Below are positions 1 through 12,639 of a DNA stretch of 64,000 bases, in pieces. The first letter of the stretch is position 1, and every line of letters starts with the position of its first letter. The DNA lies in the NCBI GenBank assembly GCA_010909165.1, contig MU008179.1:930001-994000 (forward strand), written 5' to 3'. Origin of the DNA: Anthoceros angustus (taxonomy: Eukaryota; Plantae; Anthocerotophyta). The position numbers and the translations under genes are program-made. A model generated the notes under the pieces. It was not told where the DNA came from, did no database searches, and was given only the letters and a program-made list of their open reading frames with translations.

Positions 1-1109
1 TTGTGGTGTCTTGGCTCTTCACCTCTGTATATGTGGTTTCTGCATGTGGTTACATCGTTAATGGTTTCCTTGTTCGATGTCTGCTACATCTGTTTACTTT
101 CGTTGTCTTTTGCCTATGCCACGTATGCGTTGCATCTTACTTGCTCTCTCGAAGGCATTACTTGTTCCTTGCTTTGCTCTTGTTTCATGTTGGTTATGTG
201 TGTTCTTTCGTTGTTTTATGTTGTTGAGAACTGTAACTCCTGGTTCGAAAGACTGGAAGGTAACTGGTAGGACTTGTTGCAATGTTGAAGCAAGAAAGTC
301 TCAGTGAAGCCAACTGCCTTGGTCTGCTGCTTTGGGGACCTGTTTGGTTTGTGTTTGTGAACGCTGCTTTTTGTTCTCATTGCTCATCTCAGGTCCTTCT
401 TTAGTGCTTGTACGCAAATGTTTTCCGCTTACGCATTTACTAGGGGTGGTACATAGCTTGTAAGAACGCTTTTCGAAAACCATCGCTTGTATGGCTCATG
501 GCTTTGTTTCTCGGTCATTATAATGGCTGTCTGCTTCATTCCTGAGCACCTTACGCTTGCCACGCTCGCTTTTTCGTGAAAGTCCGGCCTCGGGTGGAGA
601 CCATTAGGAGTAAGTCCGAAACTCCGAAGTCACCAAAGCCCTAATACGCGAAGTTTTCAAGGGGTTTTCGCGGTTTTCGCTAGTTCTCCGTGTTTTATCC
701 CATCTTTGGTTCGAGATACAATTTACCAGTAGGTGCTCTTGGACTTTTCAATTGCTTATAAACCGCCTCAGCGCTAATGCATCGCCCTCGAGTTCGGCTT
801 TATCACTTGTGGGTCTGTGATGCTTATCCGTGGAATCTTGAAGTCAAAGTAAGTTTGTGTTGTGTCTTTGTTTCTAACCTTATGTAGGATATGCAAGCAT
901 CTATTGTTCTGTCATGTACTGGTCTTTGGGAACAAGTGTTTGTTTGTCTATCTTTAATTAAAGAACAGTATTTGGTTTCGCTCAATACTGCTCATAACAT
1001 TGCATCTTGGCTTGCCTCACACAGAGGCTCAAGGTCCAAATTCATTCTTGGCCTTAAGTTAGTTCTTCGATTTAGGGGCCTGTTATTTTTTTGAAGTGAA
1101 TCAGAGTAT

Positions 1110-1435
1110 GTTAGGGAATCGCAATGAATATTGCTATTACTAACCGAATGTTTTTACTGCCGACGTATTTAGCGATTTTGGTGGATTTCTAGAATGGGCT
1201 TCTATCTAGATGTACCCGGGTTTTACTTGGTGGCTATTTTTTCACTCCCATCGCTATGGTTTCAACATGTGGATAGTGGATTATTTTCACCCTACATTAT
1301 TTTTTCGCACTGTTGTTATAAATTTTTGATCGTATTCATGAAATGAACGCATCAATGTGTTAATTTCTCGTTTTAGAATTCCACCGCCCCCGAAAAATCG
1401 AACGAGCGCTGGCCGAGGCCCTGTGACGAGGCCGC
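1110..1435 (-). repeat. Terminal segment of an unclassified repeat; inverted copy of 24205-24520
   Basis: 1141-1230 (tttttactgcc..atttagcgattttggtggatttctagaatgggcttctatctagatgtacc) matches the reverse complement of 24421-24490. 1360-1435 (cccccgaaaaa..gaggccc..gacgaggccgc) matches the reverse complement of 24205-24290. Confidence 0.8.
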
Positions 1436-1439
1436 GATT

Positions 1440-2110
1440 TACCACGTGGCAATCGCAGGATGGGGAGTGTCGAACTTTTCCGTAGTCAAGGTTATGGCAC
1501 ACGGGCGAGATGGTCCCGAGGGTGGTCCGAATCCTAAGGGAAGTGCAGCCATGCTAATCCAAGCCGCTGGCCGTACATTTTTTGAGAATGTATGTGGGGC
1601 ATTTGATAAACGGAGAACGTCCGTGAGGACTATTATGAGCAGCCCAAAGCATGGTTGGGTGAAGAGTTCATCATCGATGCACGCATCGGGTCATATGCTC
1701 ACCGAGTACCTTAGCTTTTGGACACAAACATGGTCAAGTGGAAATTCCTGCAGCATCAAGTGTATCCGATTTATTCCTGTGGAAAAGTATGTGGATGAAA
1801 TTGGAGGAAGGGGCGGCCTTTCGCGGTCGGTCTGTGAAAGGATGAACCCGCCACACTTCCGATCAACGTAATGGAGTGCCGGAGGGCTGGCCCCCTTGGT
1901 AAGGAACTACAATCATATGCGTTAGAAGGGGAGGGATGGCATGGTCTTGGATGTGAGCAGGGAATGAAATCGGGAACCCACCATAAGGGAGCGAGAGCGG
2001 GCCATGGGATTCGATCACAGGCGGTACCTTCACGCACGGTATTCCATGCTCGATCTGGCCCGGTGGGCGAGCTTTTGACGTTAACTGCTAATGGTTGTTA
2101 GGCATGGGCA
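1440..2110 (+). pseudogene. DNMT3/DRM-like C5-cytosine methyltransferase domain within gypsy pol (copy A, motif I missing)
   Basis: Read across frameshifts: motif IV AGW(E)C at 1455-1470; motif VI FFENV at 1578-1592; motif VIII EFIIDA.RIGSYAHRV.SFWT at 1664-1723; ERERAMGF at ~1988-2011; motif X GRAFDVN at ~2066-2087. Compare DNMT3A LFENV / MIDAKEVSAAHRARYFWGN / EMERVFGF / LLGRSWSV. Confidence 0.8.
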
Positions 2111-2856
2111 TAGCCACCAAGTAACCGAGGGATAATAGCTTTGCCATTAACTTCTTTGGCTGACGGTTTTCGGAAGAACCAAGCGAGGGGCACCAGCCGC
2201 CTTATAACACGATGAACGCCACCGGGGACAAAAATGATCTAAAGGAAACACATGAGTGGCGGTTGTGAAGAGGTCGGTCGTCGGCAAAGATTCGGGGTCT
2301 TTGCTGGCAAAGGTGCTTCGGGTAAATTTTGAGGCGGTATGACAAAGTAAAATTCAAGATCACCACCACCACTCAAGAGCCCATGTTCGACGAAGGCATA
2401 AGTTGAGTCCCATGGGTGGGAGATTGTGGACAAGCGATGCAAGGAGTTGGCGAGGCGGGGAATTAGGAAGTCAACCTCTCAACTGGCGCTTGCGGTGTTC
2501 TGCCAGTTGAAGAAGGATGAGCATGGTGAATGGAAGGACGGAGGCGAAGATGTGGGGATTATCGCGTTGAGCGAAGTCACTTTATGGGGCGGTACCCCAT
2601 GCCCACCCCGGTGAAATTTTTGATGCCATAGGGCAAGCCAAGTATTTCACTACACTGGACTTTCGATCCGGGTTTATGATTGTCATTGAAGAGACAAGTG
2701 TAAAAGCGTTTTGGGGCAAGGATCAACTTTGGGAATGGGAAAGCGAAGGCCGTTCGGCTTTTGAAGAAGAACGCCTATATACTTTTCAAATGGGTGGACG
2801 ACTTAGAGCCACAAGGGTTCCCTAGAAAAGCAGCATGACGAGTATTCGGTATGTTT

Positions 2857-5800
2857 TGTGGTGCGACTTTACCGATGGCCAGTCGAGCGCGCCACAATCC
2901 CGATGTCGTTGTAGGAAGAAGTCCGTTCCCAAGGAATGATAGGCTCCGTTTACGTTTGGTGATTCTTACCTCACTTGCGCTCGTTACCTCACACTCCTAA
3001 CTACTCTAGCGTTCACCGTCTGGGCCGGTATGGCCAAGCGTTTGAGACCCGTTCGCGTCCGTATCGTTCACATTCGTCACTCACACTTCCTCTTTCCTCT
3101 CCGCTCACTCCTCGGTCTTAGAAAAGGCAGCGCGGTTACCGATCCGGACCTCCTCCGTCGTTCGCGGGCCTCCGTCCGGGCTCTGCCGCCCTCCGGAGTT
3201 CCTCGGCTCACCGTTCGATCCGTTCGGTCGGGGCGGCTCGGGGCGAGCAGTCACGATCACCCTTCCTGCACACCACAACCGTTAGGTCGTCACGGGACCG
3301 ATCAATCTCCCGGGTGCCGTGCACCTTTCGGTGACTCGGGACTCACGTTAGCAAGACACACAAAGGTGCAGAGCGGCATCAACACCAAGAAAGATGATTT
3401 ATTGGGCCTTAGCCCTCTTATACTACGCCCGGTCGGCGCCTTTATTACGGTGAGGCATTTCGGTGTGCCTAACCGGCCGCCTACTACCTCTATTCCTTCT
3501 ATCGCGCCGTCGGTGGTGGTGAGATAGCCCCCGATTCCTTCTTGGCACGGCGGCAAGCGAGCCACAGCCCGCGCACCAATCGGATGATCCGGCGGGACCC
3601 TTCCTCTTCCAGGGTGCAGCGCCACGGCGGCGGCGACAGCGGCGTCTCACCAAGTCTTCCTCGTCCTCCCTCTTCTCTCTCTGGCGGGCCCTGCGATGGG
3701 CCCTCAAGGGCTGGATCTGCTTTGGTGGTGGTGGCTCTCCCCACTCCCAGTTTGGACCTCGGGACCTGTCTCGGTCAGGACCTCTAGGTCAGTCTTCCCT
3801 CTGAGTCCGGTCTCCTGGCCTTCTTTGAGTCCGGTCCTCGGGGCCGGACTTGCCTCTGAGGTCGGTCTTGGACCCAACCCTTCCACAGGGTCCGGACCTC
3901 GGGGTCGGATCGTCACAAGTCGGATCCTAAGTCGGACTTCCTTGAGGCGGACCTCGGGATCGGCCTTTCCTCAGTCAGGACAAAGTCAGGACCTCGCTCT
4001 GGGCATGCCTCCTCAGCGTCACGGGTTCATCCTGAGCCCTCCCTTGGTTCCCGAATGCCCGGTTGCACCTTTCCTCTCAAGATCCTCCCTCTTCCTTCCA
4101 TGCGAGGGTCTTACCTCCGGTGTGGCGCCTTCCTCCTCCGGTTCCTCCTGCTCTCCTTCGCGCTGCTGCTGCCGTCGTCAAGCAGCGCTCCTAGGACTCC
4201 AGCGGTTGTGTCTCCCGGGTCCGTCCTCTCGCTCCTCCTTCCATCCTTGAGTCCACCCTCACGCCTGGGGTGGCGGACCTCGAGCCTTGAGGAGCTCTGC
4301 GTGGTAGTAGGCGGTCGGAATCGACTTGCAGATCGCCTCCTCACATGAGCCGGGCACGGTACTCCCTCCTCAGGTGCTCCGTGGCGGATCGCCCGGCCTG
4401 GCAGTCTCCGTGGCCAAGCTTACCACATGGTGGGCGGACTCCCTTGAGGCCGTCAAGGCTGCCTCAGTTACCTCTTGCAACCTTGGCTCGGCGTTCTCCT
4501 CCTCCCGTCGTTGTTGACTCCGATTTCAGGCCATGGGTGAGCTCTCCTTCACCTGGCCGGACGAGCAGCTGTACCTTTCCTCGGCTTTCTTCCCTCGTCT
4601 ATTCTTTCCGGTCCCACTTCCTTCTCCAGGCGGGCGGTATCCCGTCAGGCTCGGCTCCACATCCTGCGCAACCTTGCGGCGTCGAACTCCTTGCCGCGCC
4701 TATTCTCCTCCGTCTTCAAGCGGGCTGGGCGTTCTACCTCTCGCTCGAAGTCTTGGATTCTCGTTGAGAACCCCTCCTCCGTGCATCTTGGGTTGCAACT
4801 CCAAGGTGTCCTTCTTGTCCTCCGGCTCCTGCCGCCCTTCTACCTCCTGCGTGCACAGGGTCCCCAATCTCCCGGGTCTGGCCTCGATGCCTCCTCACGG
4901 CTCGGCCGTGCTTGCTCCATGACCACTTGCTCGGCCTTGATTGGCGTGGCTCTCTCGGCCGCCTCCTCCGGTTCGATCACGCCGATAGTGATCGCGATCG
5001 GCCGCCCGTGGCCTCCGCCTCCTTGGCCACCTTCACACAGCCTCCGGCTTGGCTCTGGTCGGTCAGGCCCTCGCGAGATCCCGCCCGTTCGCGCCCGGGC
5101 GTCCTCGCTTCTGTGCGCTCGCCCCTCACTGCGAGGTCCTCCGCGCTTGGGCCTCCTTGGCACCTTGGTGTTCCTCCGGTGAAGGAATTTGGTCCGGTCC
5201 TTGCGGATGGACGACCTCCGCCTCCGGCGTTTTCCTTCCTCAATCCGGCCGAGCTTGGCCTTCCTTCTCGCCTCTGGGCTCCCTCCAGCTGCTCACGGAG
5301 GAGTACCATGCGCCTCGGGTGGCTTCTACCTCCCCAGGTCTTCTCGGCCATCCCACAGACCCCAGGCATCGTCCATGGCGGTAGCAGGACGTGTTTCTTC
5401 CACGGCGGCCTGTGAGGCTCCCACAAAGTCCGTGGCGGGCCGGCATCTCAGTCCGTCAAGGACCTCCATACCGGTCGGAGCAAGTCGGGGGTTCTCGGAC
5501 CAATCGGGACCCTTAGGTCACGAGTCTTGCTCCGGGCTTCCCCTCCTTGGCCCTTTTGGCGAGCTCCTTCTCGCCCTTTTCCTCCAGGGCTCGGCGGAGG
5601 TGATGGAGTCAGGGAGCCTTTGCCCCTTCACGGCGGGGCCGGCTCTGGATCAGGTGCACGGTGTCCTCCACTCCAGGCGCGTCCTTCGCCCTCCTTCCTC
5701 CGCTTCTTGCCACTCAGTGGCGGGGAAGAGTCTTGCACCGGAGTGCAGCGTTGGTTGGCCGTGGTCTTGCGTCTCTTGGCTCTCTCACAGTCCGTCGGGG

Positions 5801-7258
5801 CTCCTCAGGAGTGGCGGTGCGGGGCTGCTGGGTCGGGGCTTCTGCTGGGGCTGGTTGGGGCACGGAAGGAGGCGGGGTGCTTCCCATACTTCCACAGGTG
5901 GTGAGGGGTCCGTTCAGGGCGTATGGAGTCGGAATCCTCGATCGTCCTCCTCCGTCCGTTTGGCTTTCGACGGCCCGGCCTCCTCCCTCGGCGCCCTTGC
6001 GCTCCACTTCCGGGGCCTCCGGTCCTTCGGGCGCTCGCTCAAGCTCTCCTTCCTTGAGGAGCTCGAAATGCCCCCATACATGGATCGGGTATGGGGCCCA
6101 GATGGCGAGGCTTCTCGGTCTGAGCTTGCGAGCCTCACAGCTAAGCGGCGAAGATAATCCTTCCCGGTCGCCCTCTTCCCCGCTGCGTGCAGACCAGATT
6201 ATCACCAAGGTGATCCACCTTGGTAGTAGGTTCGATGGACAATGATCCGGGCCGCCCTTACTCGGCATCCAGCGGGTCGGATATCGATAACCGTTGGTGG
6301 TCGTTGCGTCGAGCCTTAGCGCCGCTGTGGCGGCCCTATCTTCCCTTCGCCTTGAGGGGCTCGGCACCACTCCCCTCTTCCTCCTTGGGCGGTTGTAGGC
6401 GCCTCGGGACCTCAAGGTCCATCGCCTTGGGTCCTCCGGAGGTTCTTGGACCGCACCTCCTTATTGACGCCGCGGCATCTTGGGCAAACTCCGGACGGTG
6501 ACCTATCAAATGTCCGGACCATGGAACACATCCAAATGCCACTCCTGCACCAATTCTCCGCTTCCGGGCAGGCCCAAAGTCCGGATAGCGCGGGTCACAA
6601 TGTTGCGCTCCACAAGGTTCCATGGCTCCCAAACTTCCATGGGCTTTTGGGTGCCATCGCCTTCTCCTCCCTTGGTTCTTTGTCGCCGAGGCTCGGCACG
6701 TTGCGCCTTCTTGGCGCGTTGGCTCAACCTCAGCGGTGAGCGCGCGAGCGTCGAGTGTCCACGAGATACCGCCGAGAGCGGTGCGGGCGCAAAGATCGCG
6801 AGTCTCGGTGCGTGATGCCTTCTTCGCGACCACGCCGGGAAGTAGCGGCGGGCGCCTCTTCTGTCAGTGCGATGCGCGCACTCGGCCCCTCTGGCTGCAG
6901 CGTACTCTTACGCCGCGTACTGCGGCCTCGCCCGCCGGCGTGAATACCTGCTATAACGCAAGGTTACGGTCTGACGGCTGCATGCCGTCCTCCACTCGTG
7001 TCACGTGGCGTCGCCTAGTCCGTCCACGGCCTTCTAAGTTACTTTCCTGGCGTACTTATCACTGGTCACAGGTGGGTGGGACTTATCCGTTACCCGCCGC
7101 CATAGGTCTAGTCGTTCCTCACTCGGTCGGAGTATACTCAGTGCCGTCCGAGTGCTAACGCTTATTTCCCCTTTTTCGCCTCATTTTATCCTTTACTCCT
7201 ACAAAAAAAACAAAACCCTACCTAATTTCTAACCCCCCAGGGAAGTCCGTAGTCCACA
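2857..7258 (-). repeat. 3' LTR (4.4 kb) of the Athila-like element
   Basis: Colinear direct repeat of 12640-17076; starts tgtgg, ends tccaca; adjacent to the PPT. Confidence 0.93.
4100..6730 (-). pseudogene. U3-encoded accessory ORF (frameshifted), copy in 3' LTR
   Basis: ORF pieces 6506-6727 (ELVQEW) and 5714-6415 (TTTNGYRY..IHVWGHFELLKEGELER), followed by E/R-rich coiled-coil pieces. Homologous to ORFs at 34267, 44275 and 48847-49977. Limits approximate. Confidence 0.6.
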
Positions 7259-7272
7259 TACTCCCCTTCTCA
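7259..7272 (-). promoter_or_regulatory. Polypurine tract
   Basis: - strand TGAGAAGGGGAGTA immediately precedes the 3' LTR. Confidence 0.8.
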
Positions 7273-7299
7273 CCTGTTGGCGTCTCCGCCAACACTAAG

Positions 7300-10200
7300 C
7301 GTGGTACTTTTTCACCCGCCATCCGTTCACCCGAGTGGGCAGCAGTTCACCATCCAACTGCCGAAGCTGAACGGACCCATTGGGGTATACCCGTACGACT
7401 TGGTCCCATCCATCGTAGGTGGAGTTTACCTGGGAAGTGCATATGTCGGCTGTCGTAAAGGAGGGCCAGATCTCCCTCCTTCACATACTCCACGATTCTA
7501 AGGCGCTATCATGCCACTTGCGTTGATTACAGTACGATTGCATTATTGCGCCTCTTCCGGTCCTCCGTATCTTTGCACAAACCCTAGCAACCGCTCGGTT
7601 GGCTCTCTTCATCCGTTAAGCGCCTTTCCATCATGACCGGTGTTGGCACCTCAAACTCGACCGGCATAACGGGTGAGTGCCCATAGGTCGAATGTCTGAG
7701 TTCGTTGCGTGGTTACCTTCTCTGCCGTTACGCGCCCGCCGCGCGATGGCGGCTTTGTATCGATCGTGCGCATAGTTAACCGTCGAGGATCGGCGGATAA
7801 GTCCATTGGTCTTCTCCGTCGGTTGGCCTTGGTTAGGGGCGTTTTACGATGTGTGATGCGAAATAGTCCGTCATTGCGGTTATCACATCATTGAGGAAAT
7901 GGGTTCCCCTATACACCGGGACACCCATACCTTGTGATGATGTTTTCGTGAGGAATTTGGCCACCGTGCTCAGTCCGTTCGTAGCGGCGCTTCAACCCAC
8001 AGTGCGGTGGTCCGTTGCCACCAAGATGTACCGCTTGTGTGCCGGTGGGTGGTGTATAGGTCCAGTCGATGCCCATTTCTCAAAAGGCGCTAGTGCTAGT
8101 ATGGGCACTAACGGCCATTGAGTTGTGGCGTCGGCTTCCCGATCCGTGACAAGCATCACACTTCTTCACAAATTGGTGTGTTTCCCCATACATGGTGGGC
8201 CACGTACCCGACCTCAAGATTTTCTTGGTGGTGACTGCTGATAATGTCCACCACCTAGTCCTTCGTGCATCCCTTTATTACCACCTCCGTTTCACTTTGT
8301 TGGAGGTACCTTCGTTCCACACCGTGGCCCTACCTTAAAGATGCAACGTTGCTCTAGGAAAGGCGTAGTGCACAAAGGCTGCTGGACCGGTTCGATTCGT
8401 TGGTAGCTCCATCTCCCATAGGTACCGTTCCAACTCCGCGTAAGAGGCCGCCCCCTCGTCCGCTCCCTTCTCCACGCCAGTGGGTCCGTTGTTCACCGAC
8501 TTGGGTTTGTCGTGCTCCTCTACCTCCTCCTCGCGCCACCAATTCCTCATCAGGAAGGCGTCCTCTTGATCCTGCGGGGCGGCTCCGTTTTAATCTGGAT
8601 AAGTCGTTTGTTGCCGTCCTTGCCTAGTCTCCACCTCAAATGTGAACTCCACAGTGATCCACCTCGCAATTCGTCCAGGACAAGTGCCTTGTTCACCAAA
8701 TGCTTGGCAGTGATCAACATAGAACACAAACTCATTGGGCGGTAAGGTATACGAATTTCTTAAGCGTATACCATTCCAATGCCTCGCTCCGTAGTAGTGT
8801 ACCTCCGTTCCGTCGTGAGCTCTTCAGCGTAGTAGATTGGGTGATCCCTCCGTTTATCATCTTTTGGTGAGCACTACCCGATGGCGGGCGGCATCCATAC
8901 ACATGGAATCGCTTCCCCGGTCCAGGTCCGGCCGGGGCGGCAGTGGTGCGGAGGTCTCTGAATGCCGCCTCCCTTTACGGCGTCGGTCCATTCCTCCTCC
9001 TTCTGAGTAGCTCTGTTAGCAGGCCCGCTTTGCAAAATCTTGTAAGCGCCTATAGTAACCACCATGCCCGGGGTCCCGTAACTCCTTCAAGTTCGTTGGT
9101 GGGCTGCGGGGGTGGATGACTTTCACCTTGTCTTGGTCCACCTCTATCCCTCTTACGACACTCGGTGCCCCAACAAGATTCCCTCTGTCATGCAGTAGCA
9201 TTTCTCGGGATGCGAGCCGCAGTTGAGTCTCCTACATCGTTCCAAACACTTAAATGTCACGTGTTTGTCCTCCTCTCCGTGCACAGTGTCCAAGAACACC
9301 TCCATGAAGTCCCTCGAGAATTCCGGAAGACATTGGTCACCATCCGCATAAATGATCCGGGTGCTCTGTCATCCGGCACTCCGTTTGTAGGCAAGCGTCC
9401 CCACTCCGTGGTGAATGTTGTCTTATCGATCCTCCCTTAGGTGTATGGCGGTTGTAGCGAATGGCCGTCAAGAAGGAGTAGGTACTACTGCCACCTTGTC
9501 CGATGTATGTCCACAAAGGGCATGGGAAATGGTCCTTTTTCCGTGGCGGCGTTAAGCTTTCTCCGATCTGTGGACGAATCGCCCTGCGCTTCTTGGCACG
9601 ACCACAATGGGCGCCACCCACTCCGTTTACGATTGGGAAGATGATGTCGCTTCCGGATACTTATCCGGGACTTCCTTGACCTTGGCGAGTGCTTGGGATT
9701 GATTTATCTTGCCTAATCGAGCACCACGCTTCAGATCCTATTGTTAGCCTTTGTTTGAATGCCTTTCATATCCGTGACCTTGAAAGCAAACACCCTGAAT
9801 TCCCCAACAAGCGTGTGAGGTCTCGTTTTAACCCCTCGGCATGCCCTTGCGAATTTGAGGAATTTCCAGGCGAACCTCCACGTCTTCCACATCGTCGGGT
9901 TGGCCGTCTCCTTTCTCTTCGCGCTCGTCCGAGCCGTCGTCCTCCATCCGGGTTCATCTTCACGCATTCCCCACTCGAAGAGTCGTCCAGTGAAGCAGGT
10001 TACTTCTCGTTCTACCTCGTCCTCGCTGGACCCTCCTCTTGATTGCCTTCCCCGGCTCTTGCTTGAGTCCACCCTAAAACAATCGATGACCTCCTCGTCC
10101 ACCTCCTCCAAAGGCGTCCCTCAATCCATCTCCTCCTCGACCACGTGATTTTGGGAAAGGGTAGTCCTCATTCGTATCCTCGCGTTCATCGTCCCCCTTG

Positions 10201-12560
10201 TCTTGAGGTGTACCCTCTAGTCTTGTGGTTTCTCCACAGTGTGTCCTTACTCAGTAATCGCTACCGTCCTTCCCTCACCTTGGATCCCATCCACGGCTTG
10301 AAGTGTATTTCCTTCCGTCCAAGTGTAGTTTTGTCGGCGAGGCCGGCCAAGGCCGCTAGCAGGACCTCATACCCCAGGTCGGCGGGTCGATAATGACAAA
10401 ATCTAATGTATAGGGGCTCCTATGGTGGCTTGGACTCGGACAACTCCCTGCTGGCGCTCGCCTATGTCGCCATCACGAGGGTTTTGGTGGATGGCTCGAA
10501 GGTGGTGAACCCCGGCCGTCTTGCGGTGGCCTCGGTGATGAGGTTCACTCGACCCGTGTCTAGAGGCACGTTTTAATTACACCCGCAATTTCCACACCTG
10601 GCGCCCCGAGTCCGATGAGATCGACTACCTCCACGTTCTTGCCCCGGACCAAGGAGTTCCGGCGTGGTTGCGTTTCCACGATGGCCTTCCGGACTTCACA
10701 TCGATGCCGGGTTGTCCTTTAACAAGCGCCTAAGGGACACCAAGTGTTGTTGGTCCATCATCAAGTCGGCCACCTTGAAAGGGCGGGTGGTTCTCTGCGT
10801 CACGCGTTCGCCTTGTCTCCTCCGGCGTTTGGCTCTTTGCTGGTGGTGGCGGACCACAGGTCTGGGAGTTCTTCTTGAAGCATCTCGGTCACTTCTCGAA
10901 CCACATCCGGTGGGGCTGCGGTTACCGTGGGTGAGTCCGCTTCTCGACTCCGGTGGCTTTTGAGTTCTTCTCTCTGGCGGGCTGCCGGTTAACTCGTCCT
11001 CTTTGGCGGGTTCGGCTTCCTTGAGTGTTCCGTCCTCCGTATCCGTGGGACTATCCCCATTTTCTTCCTCTTACTCTCCGTTCCTTCGCTCCTTGGCGAC
11101 TCGGGTTGACACTTCCGGTACCTCGGTCCGCCTTCTTCTCCTTGGCGAACTTGCCCGTACCACCTCGTTCGAGCTCCTCGGTGCCTCCTCCCCTCCGCCA
11201 TTGTCGTCTTCAATTTGTACAGGCCGCCTTAGGGAGGCGTCGGTGGTCTTGGCTCCCCAGTGTTGCGTGGCGTACCGTCCTCGGCGAGGATTCGGACACG
11301 TCTTGCACGCATGTGCCCGCCCCACAATCTCCACCACGTTCAAAGTCTCCGTTACCTTATGCGGTGGGGTATGGGCGTTGGAGTAGTGTCCGGGGTTCCC
11401 AGTTCCAGACCACCGCCGAGAATTCTGGAGGCTCCCATGCGAGGTTGCATCGGAGGCGGTGTATGGATGGACCTCCGGCGCGGATACATCGTCTTGGGAT
11501 CGTGCCCGGTGCTTCTTGCACGTATCATCCTCCCTTTGTTCCTCGGACTCTTCCCATAGTCGTACTCCACGGTTCACAGTGCGGAGGCGATTGGCCAGTG
11601 CCCATGTTGGTGGCACACGCACACCATAAATGAGTCCACCGTGGTGGCCACCTTGCGCCGCTCTTTATCCTTCACGGTTGATCGTCAACTCCTCCACCTC
11701 TTTTATGACCTCTAGATCTTCCCTCAACCCGCTCCTTCAAAGGCGGGGTCGAAGACCTCGGCGCAGTGCATCATGACCTCCTTCTTTTCCACCTCGTCAC
11801 TCTTCTTCTTGTTTTGCGGGGCTCCTCTTGCCTCCTGGATTCTTCTTGAGTCCTCTTCCTCTTCCTCCGTGACCTCGGTCTCATCCTCCTCTCCTTCAGG
11901 GCTCTTCATCTTGATTCCGATTCGCCTCTTTTTCTTCTTCTTTCCTCCTGGAGGAGTCCTCGTCGTTGGTGCATCGATTCTTCATAGTTCTCCGCCTTGC
12001 CTCACATCTTCTCTGCAACAGCACATGTAGCCATTGGCTTGGATAAGCCAGTGCGAACCAACGCCACTTTGCATGGTAGTGTGTGGGTGGGGTCTGCCGA
12101 TCCAGCAGCAGAACCGTTCGATGTCTGATCCCAACTTCTCCGTCTTCCTCTTTGGGTTCTCGAGTTTGGACAAGATGTAGCCTTCTTGATCGATTCGCGG
12201 AATCTTTCTGAAGGCATCCTTCAATCTTGAAGGTTGCGGGGGCGTTACGGCGGTGGTGTACTTCCTCCGGTACCAGCAGCCTGTCCCCGAGGACCCTTGG
12301 AGCAGTGGATTAGCTGCATCCGAACCTTCTCCGTTGAAGTTTGCCGGACAAAATCCTCCACGAAGGTTTCGCATCTCTCCTTCTTACCCAAAGAGAATCG
12401 CTTGTTTGGTCGGTTGTTGCCATCGCGCGGCGGTGAGAACCGCCCTCTTGCCACCCTGCGTCCTCCTCTCGATCAAACTCCACCACTTACTGCGGTTGTC
12501 CTCGCCTCGAGCTCGTCGTCTCTCACGTGCTGCTCGGCGCTGGCGATCTGGCGTCAACTC
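7300..12560 (-). pseudogene. gag-pol of the Athila-like element (frameshifted)
   Basis: Gag with Cys/His knuckle remnant ~11300-11350; protease (VPLDTG..VNLITE) ~10530-10575; RT ~9600-9100 (RKKDHFP, TTFTTEWG); RNase H ~8900-8600 (ERRYTTTEREAL); integrase ~8300-7550 (HEGLGGGH, PFEKW, YILVAT, GTHF). Confidence 0.85.
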
Positions 12561-12620
12561 TCTTAGCAATTCTTCCTTAACTACCTCCGTCCTCACGCAT
12601 CCACGGCTACGGCGATTTCA

Positions 12621-12639
12621 TTCCCGCAGCGCGCCAAAA
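12621..12639 (-). promoter_or_regulatory. Primer-binding site (Athila/tRNA-Asp-like)
   Basis: - strand TTTTGGCGCGCTGCGGGAA directly follows the 5' LTR and resembles the Athila PBS TGGCGCCGTTGCCGGGGA. Confidence 0.7.

Noticed and set aside
1-310. Hydrophobic Cys/Leu/Phe-rich ORFs (also 24639-25416 on -)
   Set aside because: Result of T/G-skewed low-complexity composition; no family motif.
3030-7158. Many long + strand ORFs rich in S/P/L/R (also 12800-16980)
   Set aside because: Shadow frames of the GC-rich, purine-biased - strand LTR ORF; no domain signal, and not conserved between the two LTRs.
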